Positions 15,541-24,957 of a stretch of DNA of 35,751 nt are shown here, piece by piece. Position 1 is the stretch's first letter, and every line of letters begins with the position of its first letter. This stretch comes from a virus (lineage: Duplodnaviria; Caudoviricetes), in IMG/VR virus record IMGVR_UViG_3300044638_006439, positions 1-35,751 of that record. One strand, written 5' to 3'. The notes beneath the pieces are model-generated. The model saw nothing but the letters and a program-made list of their open reading frames with translations, had not been told where the DNA came from and searched no databases. A program made the translations under genes and the position numbers.

Positions 15541-17252
15541 CCGACGAACCCAAAGACGCCAAGGCCATGTACTCCGCCCGCGACAAAGCGAAGGCGGAAA
15601 AGCTGGTTAAGAAGTTCGAGCGCCTCGAAGGCGACCGCGCGCCCTTTGATGCGCTTTGGCAGGAAGTGGCCGAGAAGATCAGCCCCCGACATGCTGGCAT
15701 TACGGTGCAGCGCGTCACGCCAGACAAAGGCGTTGAGGCTCGCATGTTTGACACGACGGGCAGCGATGCCTTGCAGACAATGGCGGCAGGCCTCATGTCG
15801 TGGACGACTTCGGCAAGCGAGGAATGGTTTCAATTCGCCGCGCCCTCGAACCAACGGGCAACCGATGCCGTCAAGCTGTGGACTCAGGAGGCCTCGCACG
15901 TCGCGCAAGAACTGCTCGCGAACTCGAATTACTACACGTCCCGTCATGAAAACCTTCTGACCAAGTGCGCGCACGGCACAACGGCTATGCTGGCCGAAAT
16001 GCGCAACGGTCGCCTGCGCTTCGAGTCGTTCCCGATTGGCACCTACTGCATCGAGGAGAACATTTTCGGCGAGGTGACGGGCTTTTTCCGTCGCCACAAG
16101 CTCGCGCCTTCCCGCATTGTCGAACTCATGGGCGAAGAGGCGCTGACCAAAGACATGCGCGAGGCCTGGGCGGTCGAAAAGAACGGCGGAGCGGGCAAGG
16201 AGTTCGATGTCCTTCACGCCATCTACGAGCGCGACCGCGCCGACATTCCCGAGACGGCGAATCCTGCCGCCTCCATCTTCATGCCCGTGGCGTCGTGCTG
16301 GGTCTGCATTGCCTCGAAGCAAATGCTCAAGGAGTCCGGCTTTGCCTCCATGCCGATCTTTGCGGCCCGTTACCTCAAATGGTCGGCCCTTGGTGCAACC
16401 TGTCCTTGGGGCTACTCTCCGGGCATTCTCGCGTTGCCGGAAGTGAAGCAGAACAACTTCTTGCATGCCATGCTCGACGTGATGGTCGAACGCGCCATCG
16501 ACCCGCCCATGATGGCACCCGACGAACTCGAAGGGCAGCTAATCATGACGGCGCGTGGCGTGAACTACGTCAACCAGAACGTCGCTGCGGATCGCTGGCC
16601 GCGACCTCTGTATCAGCCTGCCGACCTCAAGACTGCGCAATGGATCGTCGAGCAAAAGAAGCTCGCCATTCAGACCAAGTTTCACGTCGAGCTTTTCCAA
16701 ATGTTCGCGAACCTCGACCGCCAAATGACGGCCCGCGAGGTCGCAGAACGGGCAGGCGAGCGCCTGACCCTCATCACGCCCGCTTTCTCGCGCGATGCCG
16801 TCGAGGAAGTGCAACCGATGATGCAGCATGTTTTTACGCTGCTCGCCGAATCGGGCCAGCTTCCTCCGCCTCCTGCCGAAGCATTCCTTGGCGGCAATCC
16901 GGCCAGCGGTCGCGTTGCCATGCCGAAGGTCGTGCTCCAAGGTCGGCTTGCGCTGGCAATCCGCATGCAGCGCAACATGGCCGCAAGCCGGACCCTGGAG
17001 GAAACGCTGACCATCGCGCAGGCCGTTCCCGGCGTGCTGGACAACTACGATTTCGACACCATGGAGCGCGCCAAGGCTCTCGCGAACGGCATCCCTGCCG
17101 AATGGCTCAAGCCGGAAGATGTCCGCGACGCGCAGCGCCAACAGGCCGCAGAAGCTCAACAGGCCGCAATGGCCGCCGAGATGGCCGAAAAGGCAGCGGG
17201 AACCGTCCAGAAGGTCGGAGGCATCGAACAAGCCCGCGAACTCCTTGCATGA
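15537..17252 (+). CDS. Portal (head-tail connector), T7 gp8/BPP-1-like
   Basis: 571 aa; WQEVAEKI.P, FDTTG..A...MAAGLMS, ESGF..MP....RY, WGYSPG..ALP, MTAREV.ER..E. Confidence 0.93.
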   Translation: MTDEPKDAKAMYSARDKAKAEKLVKKFERLEGDRAPFDALWQEVAEKISPRHAGITVQRVTPDKGVEARMFDTTGSDALQTMAAGLMSWTTSASEEWFQFAAPSNQRATDAVKLWTQEASHVAQELLANSNYYTSRHENLLTKCAHGTTAMLAEMRNGRLRFESFPIGTYCIEENIFGEVTGFFRRHKLAPSRIVELMGEEALTKDMREAWAVEKNGGAGKEFDVLHAIYERDRADIPETANPAASIFMPVASCWVCIASKQMLKESGFASMPIFAARYLKWSALGATCPWGYSPGILALPEVKQNNFLHAMLDVMVERAIDPPMMAPDELEGQLIMTARGVNYVNQNVAADRWPRPLYQPADLKTAQWIVEQKKLAIQTKFHVELFQMFANLDRQMTAREVAERAGERLTLITPAFSRDAVEEVQPMMQHVFTLLAESGQLPPPPAEAFLGGNPASGRVAMPKVVLQGRLALAIRMQRNMAASRTLEETLTIAQAVPGVLDNYDFDTMERAKALANGIPAEWLKPEDVRDAQRQQAAEAQQAAMAAEMAEKAAGTVQKVGGIEQARELLA

Positions 17253-17545
17253 GCAACGAATTTAGACCCGATTTCTCGAACCACTTTCGACGTGGCAACA
17301 AGGACGCCGTTCTCAAGATGGCGGACTTTGCTTCGCAGTTCGGCCTACAAATGCGGATTCAGCACCTCTTCGAGAAAGAGGGCGTGACAGCCTTCAGGTT
17401 TGAGGCCGAAATCATGGGGAAGCGATACGCGGCTGGCGTCGCTCTCCGGCCTGAGCTTCACAACGAAAAGGATGTCGAGGAACTAGCGGTCGAAATCTGG
17501 AGCGAGTTCCGCAACATGGAAATCATGCCCACCATTGCGCAATGA
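17249..17545 (+). CDS. Hypothetical protein (98 aa)
   Basis: MSNEFRPDF...; real start at the ATGA overlap with the portal stop. Confidence 0.75.
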   Translation: MSNEFRPDFSNHFRRGNKDAVLKMADFASQFGLQMRIQHLFEKEGVTAFRFEAEIMGKRYAAGVALRPELHNEKDVEELAVEIWSEFRNMEIMPTIAQ

Positions 17546-17850
17546 CCGAAGAAGAGACGCCACGCCAAAAGGAGCTGCGCGTTATTCGCGGGGCCGCACA
17601 ATCGCTGTCCAAAAACAAGGATTGGGAGCGAGTCTGGATTCACCTGCAAAAACGCTACCCCATCGCCGCGCCAGTTTTTGAAACCGGCCACGAAGGCAAC
17701 ACGCACCGCGCCGCTAAGAAGGACGGCAACCGCGAAGTGATGTCTCACATTCTCGCGCTCATGACTTTACCCCTAGACGTTGATTTCGAGATCGACGCCA
17801 TGGAGTTGAAACCCGCAGAAGCAACAAGCAACACCCACGCACCCGCATGA
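17542..17850 (+). CDS. Head-module hypothetical protein (BPP-1 Bbp19-like position and motif)
   Basis: ERVWIHL...F...THRAAKKDGNREVMSHI. Confidence 0.75.
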   Translation: MTEEETPRQKELRVIRGAAQSLSKNKDWERVWIHLQKRYPIAAPVFETGHEGNTHRAAKKDGNREVMSHILALMTLPLDVDFEIDAMELKPAEATSNTHAPA

Positions 17851-18368
17851 TTACCATTGAAGGAAGCGCCGTTCGTCGCGACGGCCAGCAAATCGCAGAA
17901 CTGGAGGGCGGCGTTGTCCGCTCTCTCTCGAAACTCCCGCCCGTCATCATGGGGCAGGTCCGCAAGGCCGCAGGCGCGGACGTGACTTTTGAGGTCATCG
18001 AAAGCAAAGCGCCGGAAACGCCTACGCCGATCGACAAGCCGGAAGCGCCCGAAGCGCCCGAGGTCGAGCAAAGCAAGCTCGGACCTGCCGAGGAAACGGA
18101 CCTGACGACCATCTACGGCATCACGGTTGCGGCTGACAGCGGGCTGATTCCCATGTATCCGGCCATGCACGAAGCTCTTGGCAGTCGCACGCCTGCCTTT
18201 GTGGCCTGGGCGAAAACGATCCTGAGCGCCGAGGACTTCGCGCGCGAGTATGCGGGTAAGACACTGCCGACCGTCGAGGAGGTCGAGTTCCAGTTCGGCA
18301 AGACCGCCCGCGCAAATGCTCACTTTGAAAAGCTCTCCGAAAGCGAGCACGGCGGCGAACCCATTTAA
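17847..18368 (+). CDS. Hypothetical protein
   Basis: 173-aa ORF, ATGA-coupled. Confidence 0.75.
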   Translation: MITIEGSAVRRDGQQIAELEGGVVRSLSKLPPVIMGQVRKAAGADVTFEVIESKAPETPTPIDKPEAPEAPEVEQSKLGPAEETDLTTIYGITVAADSGLIPMYPAMHEALGSRTPAFVAWAKTILSAEDFAREYAGKTLPTVEEVEFQFGKTARANAHFEKLSESEHGGEPI

Positions 18369-18389
18369 TCCACACCCAACAGCACCAAC

Positions 18390-19259
18390 ATGAGCACCAT
18401 ACTCGAAGGACAACAGCAGCAGCAAGGCGACGGCCAACAGCAGCAACAGCAACAGGGGCAGCAACAGCAAAGCCAGCAGAACGGCGGCGGGCTGTCTTTC
18501 CACGAACTCATCAACCCGGACGGCACTTTCGCGCAGGGCTGGACCGAAAAGCTGCCCGAGGCCTTCAAGCCATTCGGGCCAAGCGTCGGGCGCTTCCCTT
18601 CCATCACCGACCTCATCGGCGGTTATGCGAATGCCGAAAAGGCCATTTCGGCCAAGCGCCTCACTCCTCCCGGCGAGAACGCCACGCCTGAGCAGGTCGC
18701 CGAATGGCGGAAGCTCGTCGGCGCTCCTGACAAGCCGGACGGCTACGGACCCCTAAAGCCTGAAAAGCTGCCAGCGGGCGCGGAGTGGAACGACGAACTG
18801 GCGGGCAAGCTCGCGGAAATCGGTCACAAACACCACCTGCCGAAAGCCGCACTGGCTGACCTTGTGGCGCTCAATCTCTCGGCGCAGGAAGCGGCAGCGC
18901 AAAAGAACGGCGCGGACGCGGAGGCCTACGTTGCACAGCAGACCGAAGCGCTGAAAAAGGAATGGGGCCAAGGCTACGAGGAAAATCTCGCGCAGTCCGT
19001 CAAAGCCGCGAAGCTCCTGGGCGTGGACATCACCGACCCGGAAGTTGGCAGTAATGCGAAGATGATCCGGCTCCTGCATTCGGCCTCGAAGCTCATGCGC
19101 GAAGATAAACTTCTCGGCGGCGACGGCGCGCAAGCAACGCTTCGCGAACAGGCCGACACGATCCGCAAGGGCGACGACTACCAGGGCAAGAACGGCCTTG
19201 AAAAGCAGAAGGCCGCGCAGGCGCGCATTGCCGCGCTGCTTGGCGAAAAATTGTCATGA
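18390..19259 (+). CDS. Capsid scaffolding/assembly protein
   Basis: Poly-Q N-terminus, Y.NAEK.I, LVGAPDKPDGY, LKKEWGQGYEENL; precedes capsid gene. Confidence 0.85.
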   Translation: MSTILEGQQQQQGDGQQQQQQQGQQQQSQQNGGGLSFHELINPDGTFAQGWTEKLPEAFKPFGPSVGRFPSITDLIGGYANAEKAISAKRLTPPGENATPEQVAEWRKLVGAPDKPDGYGPLKPEKLPAGAEWNDELAGKLAEIGHKHHLPKAALADLVALNLSAQEAAAQKNGADAEAYVAQQTEALKKEWGQGYEENLAQSVKAAKLLGVDITDPEVGSNAKMIRLLHSASKLMREDKLLGGDGAQATLREQADTIRKGDDYQGKNGLEKQKAAQARIAALLGEKLS

Positions 19260-19266
19260 TCGACTC

Positions 19267-19450
19267 TTGACAACGCGGCGGGTGTTTCACTCCGTCGCGT
19301 TGTCCAAGCGACCCTTCACACGACAAGAGGGGCAATCGCGAAGCAAGGCACTGACGGCCCGCTTCGCGCGGGGAACCGAAAGACCGAGCTTGAACGCCAA
19401 AGGCACCGGACACGCCAAGGCAATCAACCTCTCATTCTTTCTTCACCTTT
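19267..19450 (+). promoter_or_regulatory. Capsid gene promoter and structured leader
   Basis: TTGACA at 19267; two stem-bulge-stem hairpins (19308-19339, 19355-19378); pyrimidine tract rather than SD before the ATG. Confidence 0.5.
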
Positions 19451-20332
19451 ATGGCTGAAATCCCCTCATTCTACAAAACCGAGTTTGCGACCAACTGGGA
19501 GCAGGCTTACCAGCAAATGAACTCCCGCATGAAGGGTGCCGTCACGGCCTCTCCTTTCACCGGGGCGCGCAAGTGGTTCAATGAACTCGACCAAACCGAA
19601 ATGTCCGAAGTGACGGATCGCAAGGCCGACACTGGCGACGGCGACAGTACCGGGTTCAAATACTGGATTTTCCGGCGCAAGTTCCAGTTCGTCAAAAGCT
19701 GGGACGAAGACGACGCCGTGCAACTCGGCGAAATCACTCTCCCGCAGTCTGACGAAATCGTCTCCGCCGCCGCCGCTGAAAACCGCCGCGCCGATGACCT
19801 CATCATTGAGGCCATGGACGCAACGCGCTACATCGGCGAAAACGGCACGGATTCTGACGCCTTCCTTTCGGCGCAGTCCATCGCGGTCAACTACGTGCCT
19901 TCCGGCTCGACGGTCGATTCCGGCCTGACGATGGGCAAGCTCCGCTATGCGAAGCGCCTCTTCGACCTCGCCGAAGTGCCCGAGTCGGAACGCTACCTCG
20001 CCTATGGGGCGCGCCAGCTCGACGACGCTCTCGGCATCACCGAAGTCACCTCCCGCGACTACAACGACTTCATGGCGTTGAAGGACGGCAAGGTTGACCG
20101 CTTCATGGGCTTCACCTGGGTGCCCTCTCAGCGCCTCAGCGTGGCGAGCAGCGTCCGCAAGGTCGTCGCATGGCACAAGTCCGGCGTCCGCTTCGCTGAC
20201 CTCGAACGCCACGTTCATATCGACGTGCTTCCGGCCAAGTCGCACAAGACCCAGCTCCGCGCCGTCAAGCGCATGGGTGCCGTTCGCGCCAAGAACAAAG
20301 GCGTCGTTCGCATCTACTGCAACGAACCCTGA
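19451..20332 (+). CDS. Major capsid protein
   Basis: 293 aa, strongly C-ending codons, F..NW....QQ..SR, R..DDLII.A, ALKDGKVDRFMGF.W, MGAVR....VV.I.C. Confidence 0.9.
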   Translation: MAEIPSFYKTEFATNWEQAYQQMNSRMKGAVTASPFTGARKWFNELDQTEMSEVTDRKADTGDGDSTGFKYWIFRRKFQFVKSWDEDDAVQLGEITLPQSDEIVSAAAAENRRADDLIIEAMDATRYIGENGTDSDAFLSAQSIAVNYVPSGSTVDSGLTMGKLRYAKRLFDLAEVPESERYLAYGARQLDDALGITEVTSRDYNDFMALKDGKVDRFMGFTWVPSQRLSVASSVRKVVAWHKSGVRFADLERHVHIDVLPAKSHKTQLRAVKRMGAVRAKNKGVVRIYCNEP

Positions 20333-20341
20333 TGAATCTCG

Positions 20342-20369
20342 GGGCGCTCCTTTCGGGGAGCGCCCTTTT
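20342..20369 (+). terminator. Intrinsic terminator after capsid gene
   Basis: GGGCGCTCC-TTTCGG-GGAGCGCCC-TTTT. Confidence 0.8.
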
Positions 20370-20398
20370 CCTCAAATCTTCACCTCCTTTCTCCTCCT

Positions 20399-20854
20399 AT
20401 GGCTACCATCTATTCAGACCTCGCAACGGCCCAAAACTCGGCCCTTTCCGATCAGTCCAAGTCTCCTTCGCTCCCGGCCTACGGTGGCGACCTCAAGTAT
20501 CTCGACGTTACGGTTTCCGTCGCGTCGGACATCACGACCTCTGATGCCATTTATCTGTGCCGCCTTCCCAAAGGCGCGCGGTTGGTGCCGTCTCTCATCT
20601 CCGTTGATTACGGCGACCCCGGCGATGCCCTGACGCTCAAGCTCGGCGATGCCAGCGACGACGACCGCTATATTTCCGGGCTTGCGCTCGGTGGCTCGGC
20701 GGGCCGCAAGCTGCTGACCGAGGGCACGGAAGGCGCTGCTTTCCTGACGCCCTACAAGCTGACGGATGCCGGTTGGCTCATCGCGACTCCTACGACCGTG
20801 ACGAGTGCCGCCGCGCACACGCAGACGTGGCACATCTTCTACACGCTCGGTTAA
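20399..20854 (+). CDS. Capsid decoration/cement protein candidate
   Basis: 151-aa beta-rich, D.IYLCRLPKGARL...LKLGD..DDDRY; follows capsid. Confidence 0.7.
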   Translation: MATIYSDLATAQNSALSDQSKSPSLPAYGGDLKYLDVTVSVASDITTSDAIYLCRLPKGARLVPSLISVDYGDPGDALTLKLGDASDDDRYISGLALGGSAGRKLLTEGTEGAAFLTPYKLTDAGWLIATPTTVTSAAAHTQTWHIFYTLG

Positions 20855-20904
20855 ACCATTCGCCCTTCGGGTGTGGCGAGGCGCATGCAGTGGCGCACAA
20901 AACA

Positions 20905-20948
20905 GCGGGGGCTGTCCTTTCTTGTTGGGGACGGCCCCCGCATTTTTT
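20905..20948 (+). terminator. Intrinsic terminator
   Basis: GCGGGGGCTGTCC/GGACGGCCCCCGC 13-bp stem followed by ATTTTTT. Confidence 0.8.
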
Positions 20949-20959
20949 GAATACCATCC

Positions 20960-21763
20960 ATGACCAAGACTGAAATCATCAACACCGCTCTCGCGCTCAT
21001 CGGGGGCAAGTCTCTCGCGAATGCCGACACGGACACGACCCCGCAGGCCGTGAGTGGCCGGAAGTTTTGGGAACTGGCACTCAATGAAGCCCTGAGCGCG
21101 CAGAACTGGAACTTTGCCACCAAACGCACGCGCCTCAAAGTCACGCGCACGGCTATTACATCCGTGACCAACAACGGCGGACTTGTCCGCATCACGAAGG
21201 TGTCGCACGGCCTAGTGACGGGCGACCGGGCCGCAATCGAGAAGGTTCCTTGTGCGGTCGGGTCGTTCTTTGCAACGCGGATCGACGCCGACACGTTCGA
21301 CCTGCAAGACAGCGTTTTCGCGTCTGGCTATTCGAGCGGCGGAACGTTCCTGAAAATCCCGGCCTTTGGGTGGTCGTATCAGCACGCGCTTCCTTCCGAT
21401 TGCGTCAAGGTCCGGCGCGTCGTCGATGATCCTGACCGAGACATGGAGGAAAACGACACGGAGCCGTTTCGTGTCGAATCTGGTTTCATCCTCTGCGACC
21501 TCGAAGCGGCTTTTGTGGCCTACACGTGGCGCAACGAAACAACCTCGACCTATCCGCATGAGTTCGTGGCGGCGCTCTCGACGCTTCTTGCCTCCTATCT
21601 GGCGCAAGACCTCGCGGGACCGGCTGGACGCTCGGCAGAGATTCGACAGACCTACGAGCGCCTAATGCTCCCAAATGCTCGCGGACGTGATGCGCGCGAG
21701 GGCAAGGGCGATACCAACGTCAACACGGCAAGCAGCGAACTCCACGCCTCCCGTTTCGCATGA
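20960..21763 (+). CDS. Tail tubular protein A (adaptor) with an inserted beta domain
   Basis: EIINTALALIG, WNFATKR, FGWSYQHALPSDC, F..ALS.LLA.YLA; insert ITSVTN...HGLVTGD...IDADTF. Confidence 0.88.
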   Translation: MTKTEIINTALALIGGKSLANADTDTTPQAVSGRKFWELALNEALSAQNWNFATKRTRLKVTRTAITSVTNNGGLVRITKVSHGLVTGDRAAIEKVPCAVGSFFATRIDADTFDLQDSVFASGYSSGGTFLKIPAFGWSYQHALPSDCVKVRRVVDDPDRDMEENDTEPFRVESGFILCDLEAAFVAYTWRNETTSTYPHEFVAALSTLLASYLAQDLAGPAGRSAEIRQTYERLMLPNARGRDAREGKGDTNVNTASSELHASRFA

Positions 21764-24441
21764 GCATTGCAACCCGCACCTTCCAGGCTTCCTTCAACGG
21801 CGGCGAGCTTTCGCCCCTGCTCGACTCCCGGCCAGACGCGGCCATTTACCGCGACGGTTGCCGCGAGCTTCAAAACTGTGTCGTGCGGCCCTACGGCGGA
21901 GCGTTCAAGCGTCCGGGCCTGCAATACGGCGGGGCCGTCAAAACCTCCTCGACGGCAACGCGCCTGATTCCCTTTAAGCGTTCAACCTCGACCAACTACG
22001 TGATCGAGATGGGGGATAGCTACATGCGCTTTTGGAAAGGCGGTTCAGCCATGACGCGCATCACAAGCGGGACGCCTGTGGAAATCGCATCCCCCTACAC
22101 GGCGGCACAGCTTCAAGCGGTGCAGTTCTGCCAAATCAACGACGTGATGTTCCTTGTGCATCCGTCGCATGCGCCGCGCCGTCTTTCGCGCAATTCGGAG
22201 ACAAGCTGGACACTCGAAGCGTTCCCGTTCGACTTCCCGCCCATGTCGGACATCAACGACACGACGACGACAATTCGGATTCAACCGGGCGTTACCGCGT
22301 GGGCGACCTCGACGACCTACGCGGTCGGGGCTGTCCGGCTTGAAAGTGGCCTGCTCTACATGTGCGCAACGGCCCACACGTCCGGCACGTTCGCGACCGA
22401 TCTTGCAGCCTCGCGCTGGAAGCTCGTCAAACCTCGCGGCCCGTGGGTGCGCGACGACGACCACGACACCGCCGACATGGTGGACGTGAACGGCGTCCGC
22501 TACGTCTGCATTCTCTCGACGGCGGGCCTCATTGCATCACAAGGGCCAAACCCAAATCCGCGCCCTGGCGGTTCCGGCTCTTGGGCTACCTACTGGGCAG
22601 CGGTCGGAGATTCCAACCTTCGACTTTTCGCCAGTGCCGCGACCTTTTCCGCTGCCGATGTCGGGACGTTTTTTCGAATCGACGTTGGCAGCGTTAAGCG
22701 GTCTGTGTTTTTATCCACGGATCACACCAACGGCGTAACGCATGTGACAGAACCTATGTTTGTCGCTGGCGATGTGCTTATCCGCTCAACCTTAACGACA
22801 ACGACGTTTTCCGGCTACTTGACTGGCGTGGTGAAGGGTGAACTTTATTTGGAGTTCAGCCCGGATCGCATCACTTGGGACCGCGTTCGACATTGGGGCT
22901 TCAAGAAGCCGACAGATGGCAACATTGCCTCGACCTACAACGGCCCTTCCACTGGCGGCTATTATCGTTTTCGATGGGAGCCCGGAATTACCTCGTCAAC
23001 GCGCGACCAAGGCTTTTTTATTGAGGCCACAACCGGAGTCGTGACGGCGCTTGTTCGCGTTGACTCGTTTGTTTCCAGCACGGAAGTCACGGCCTCCTTT
23101 GTGCTGCCTGACGTTTCTTTCGCGCCGTGCGAGATTCTGACGCAGGACAACCGCAATTGGTATCGCGGAGCCTTCGGGGCCAACTACCCGCGCGCCGTGG
23201 CCTTCCATGAGGCGCGCCTGTGGTTTGCGGGCGTTTCGGGCGATGTCTCGCGGGCATGGTCAAGCCGCGTCGATGACTTCTACAACTTCTTCACCGGCCC
23301 GGAGGATGACGACGGGATCGACATCACGCTTTCAAGCGTCGAGACAAATCAAATCGAGTGGATGCAGTCCCTTGGGCGCAATCTCGTTATCGGCACAACT
23401 GGCGAGGAGTGGATCATCAATAGCGGGGAATCCGACTCGGTGCTGACTGCCGACAACATGCGCGCCCGCCTGACGACCCGGAACGGCTCCGCGCCTCTCG
23501 CGCCGCAGATGGTGAACGATGCTTTGTTCTGGTGCCCGCGCAGTGCGCGCCGCCTGCATGAGTTCAACTACGATTTCAGCCGCGACGCTTGGAGCGGTTC
23601 GGACGTGCTGCAATTTGCGGAGCACCTGGGCGCTTCTGGCCTCGTCGATATGGACTTTGCGGCCATGCCTGACTCGGTCCTGTGGGCCATTAATGGCAAC
23701 GGCGAGCTTTGCGGCTTCACCTATGATCGACGCCAGAACGTCACGGCATGGCACCGCCATATCACAGACGGCGCTTTCGAGAGCGTCGCGACCATCTACG
23801 GCGACAACGGACGTGACGAAGTGTGGTTCGTGGTGCGTCGGACCATCAACGGCGCGACGGTTCGCAACGTCGAACGCTTTTACCCGACCGCGCAAGACTT
23901 CGATTTCGACACCGCGAGTGATTTCTTCTACGTCGATTCGGGCCTCAAGGTCACGCCCTCGGGAACGTCCATTACGGGCCTTTCGCACCTCGAAGGAAAG
24001 CAGGTCAAGATTTGGGCCGATGGTGCCCGGATTGAGACGAAAACCGTCTCCTCCGGGGCCGTCACGCTCACAACCGCTGCCACGTCGGCCATTGTGGGCC
24101 TTGCCTATGAGGCCACGCTTCGGCCAATGCGCTTAGAGGTCGTGCTGGATGACGGCACCGGGCAGGGTAGGCGCTGGCGTCCGAACCGGCTCATTGCCTG
24201 CCTCTACAACTCCATCGGGGGCGAGTTCCGAACGGGCGGCGATTGGACGGCGCTGGACTACTCGACGCCCTACGAGCGCGAGCAGGCCGACGAACCGGCG
24301 CTCACGGTCAGGACAGAGCGCATTTCGAGCCACGTCCCGGCAGACTGGGAGGATTCCATCGAGCTGCAATTCCGCAGCGCCGATCCTGTGCCTTTTAACT
24401 TGCTCGCATACATTTTGATTCATGAAGTGGAGGGGAAATAA
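21760..24441 (+). CDS. Tail tubular protein B (nozzle)
   Basis: SFNGGELSP.L..R.D, GGAFKRPG, RLIPF, Q.NDV, YPRAVAFHEARLWF, IGTTGEEW, VTAWHRH, VGL.YEA. Confidence 0.92.
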   Translation: MSIATRTFQASFNGGELSPLLDSRPDAAIYRDGCRELQNCVVRPYGGAFKRPGLQYGGAVKTSSTATRLIPFKRSTSTNYVIEMGDSYMRFWKGGSAMTRITSGTPVEIASPYTAAQLQAVQFCQINDVMFLVHPSHAPRRLSRNSETSWTLEAFPFDFPPMSDINDTTTTIRIQPGVTAWATSTTYAVGAVRLESGLLYMCATAHTSGTFATDLAASRWKLVKPRGPWVRDDDHDTADMVDVNGVRYVCILSTAGLIASQGPNPNPRPGGSGSWATYWAAVGDSNLRLFASAATFSAADVGTFFRIDVGSVKRSVFLSTDHTNGVTHVTEPMFVAGDVLIRSTLTTTTFSGYLTGVVKGELYLEFSPDRITWDRVRHWGFKKPTDGNIASTYNGPSTGGYYRFRWEPGITSSTRDQGFFIEATTGVVTALVRVDSFVSSTEVTASFVLPDVSFAPCEILTQDNRNWYRGAFGANYPRAVAFHEARLWFAGVSGDVSRAWSSRVDDFYNFFTGPEDDDGIDITLSSVETNQIEWMQSLGRNLVIGTTGEEWIINSGESDSVLTADNMRARLTTRNGSAPLAPQMVNDALFWCPRSARRLHEFNYDFSRDAWSGSDVLQFAEHLGASGLVDMDFAAMPDSVLWAINGNGELCGFTYDRRQNVTAWHRHITDGAFESVATIYGDNGRDEVWFVVRRTINGATVRNVERFYPTAQDFDFDTASDFFYVDSGLKVTPSGTSITGLSHLEGKQVKIWADGARIETKTVSSGAVTLTTAATSAIVGLAYEATLRPMRLEVVLDDGTGQGRRWRPNRLIACLYNSIGGEFRTGGDWTALDYSTPYEREQADEPALTVRTERISSHVPADWEDSIELQFRSADPVPFNLLAYILIHEVEGK

Positions 24442-24444
24442 GCC

Positions 24445-24957
24445 ATGGCATTTGCACCCATTTTTGCAGGACTAAGCGCCGCCGCCTCTATCGGGGGCCT
24501 GGGCGTGAGCCTTTACGCCAACCGGCAGCAACAAAAGGCTGCGCAGATCGAGGGCGACATGCAGGCGCGCGCGGCGGAGGATGAGGCCAAGCGGAAGCAA
24601 ATCGAGCTTGCCGAGAACCAGCGCCGCACAGCCAAGAATCAGGCCGGGGCACGCGCCACGCAGGCGGCACGCATGGCCTTGAGCGGCACGGGCGGAGGTT
24701 CGCCGCTCTCCATCATGGCCGAAACACTGACGCTGCAACAGCGCGAGCTTTCAGACACGCAATATGGCGGCGACCTCACGACCCGCGCGCTGACCAACCA
24801 AGCCGCAAATGCCCGCTACGGCGCGGCCTCAAGCATCGCGGCACTCAAGCAACGCGGGACTGGCCTACTGATCGAAGGCGTCGGCGAGCTTGCGCAAATG
24901 GGCTACGGCGTGGCTCGCGACTATCCCCGCAAAGAATCTCCCCGCAAAGCATCATGA
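24445..24957 (+). CDS. Internal virion (ejection) protein, small
   Basis: Hydrophobic Gly/Ala N-terminus, Ala/Gln helical body, SG..GGSPL motif; follows nozzle. Confidence 0.75.
   Translation: MAFAPIFAGLSAAASIGGLGVSLYANRQQQKAAQIEGDMQARAAEDEAKRKQIELAENQRRTAKNQAGARATQAARMALSGTGGGSPLSIMAETLTLQQRELSDTQYGGDLTTRALTNQAANARYGAASSIAALKQRGTGLLIEGVGELAQMGYGVARDYPRKESPRKAS

Noticed and set aside
14916-16466. 516-aa antisense ORF and similar long minus-strand ORFs (13501-14466, 19466-20245, 9957-10712)
   Set aside because: Antisense shadows of well-supported plus-strand genes, no motifs
15965-17248. 526-aa alternative-frame ORF overlapping the portal
   Set aside because: Arg/Gly-rich shadow of a GC-rich gene; only the last 98 aa from the ATGA at 17249 look like a real protein
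18410-18480. CAG/CAA repeat tract as CRISPR or contingency locus
   Set aside because: In-frame mixed-codon poly-Gln in the disordered scaffold N-terminus; no spacers
20327-20401. Capsid extension by readthrough or +1 frameshift at CCC-TGA
   Set aside because: The next gene is in frame but separated by a double stop (TGA TGA) and a terminator; the +1 frame gives a non-protein-like sequence
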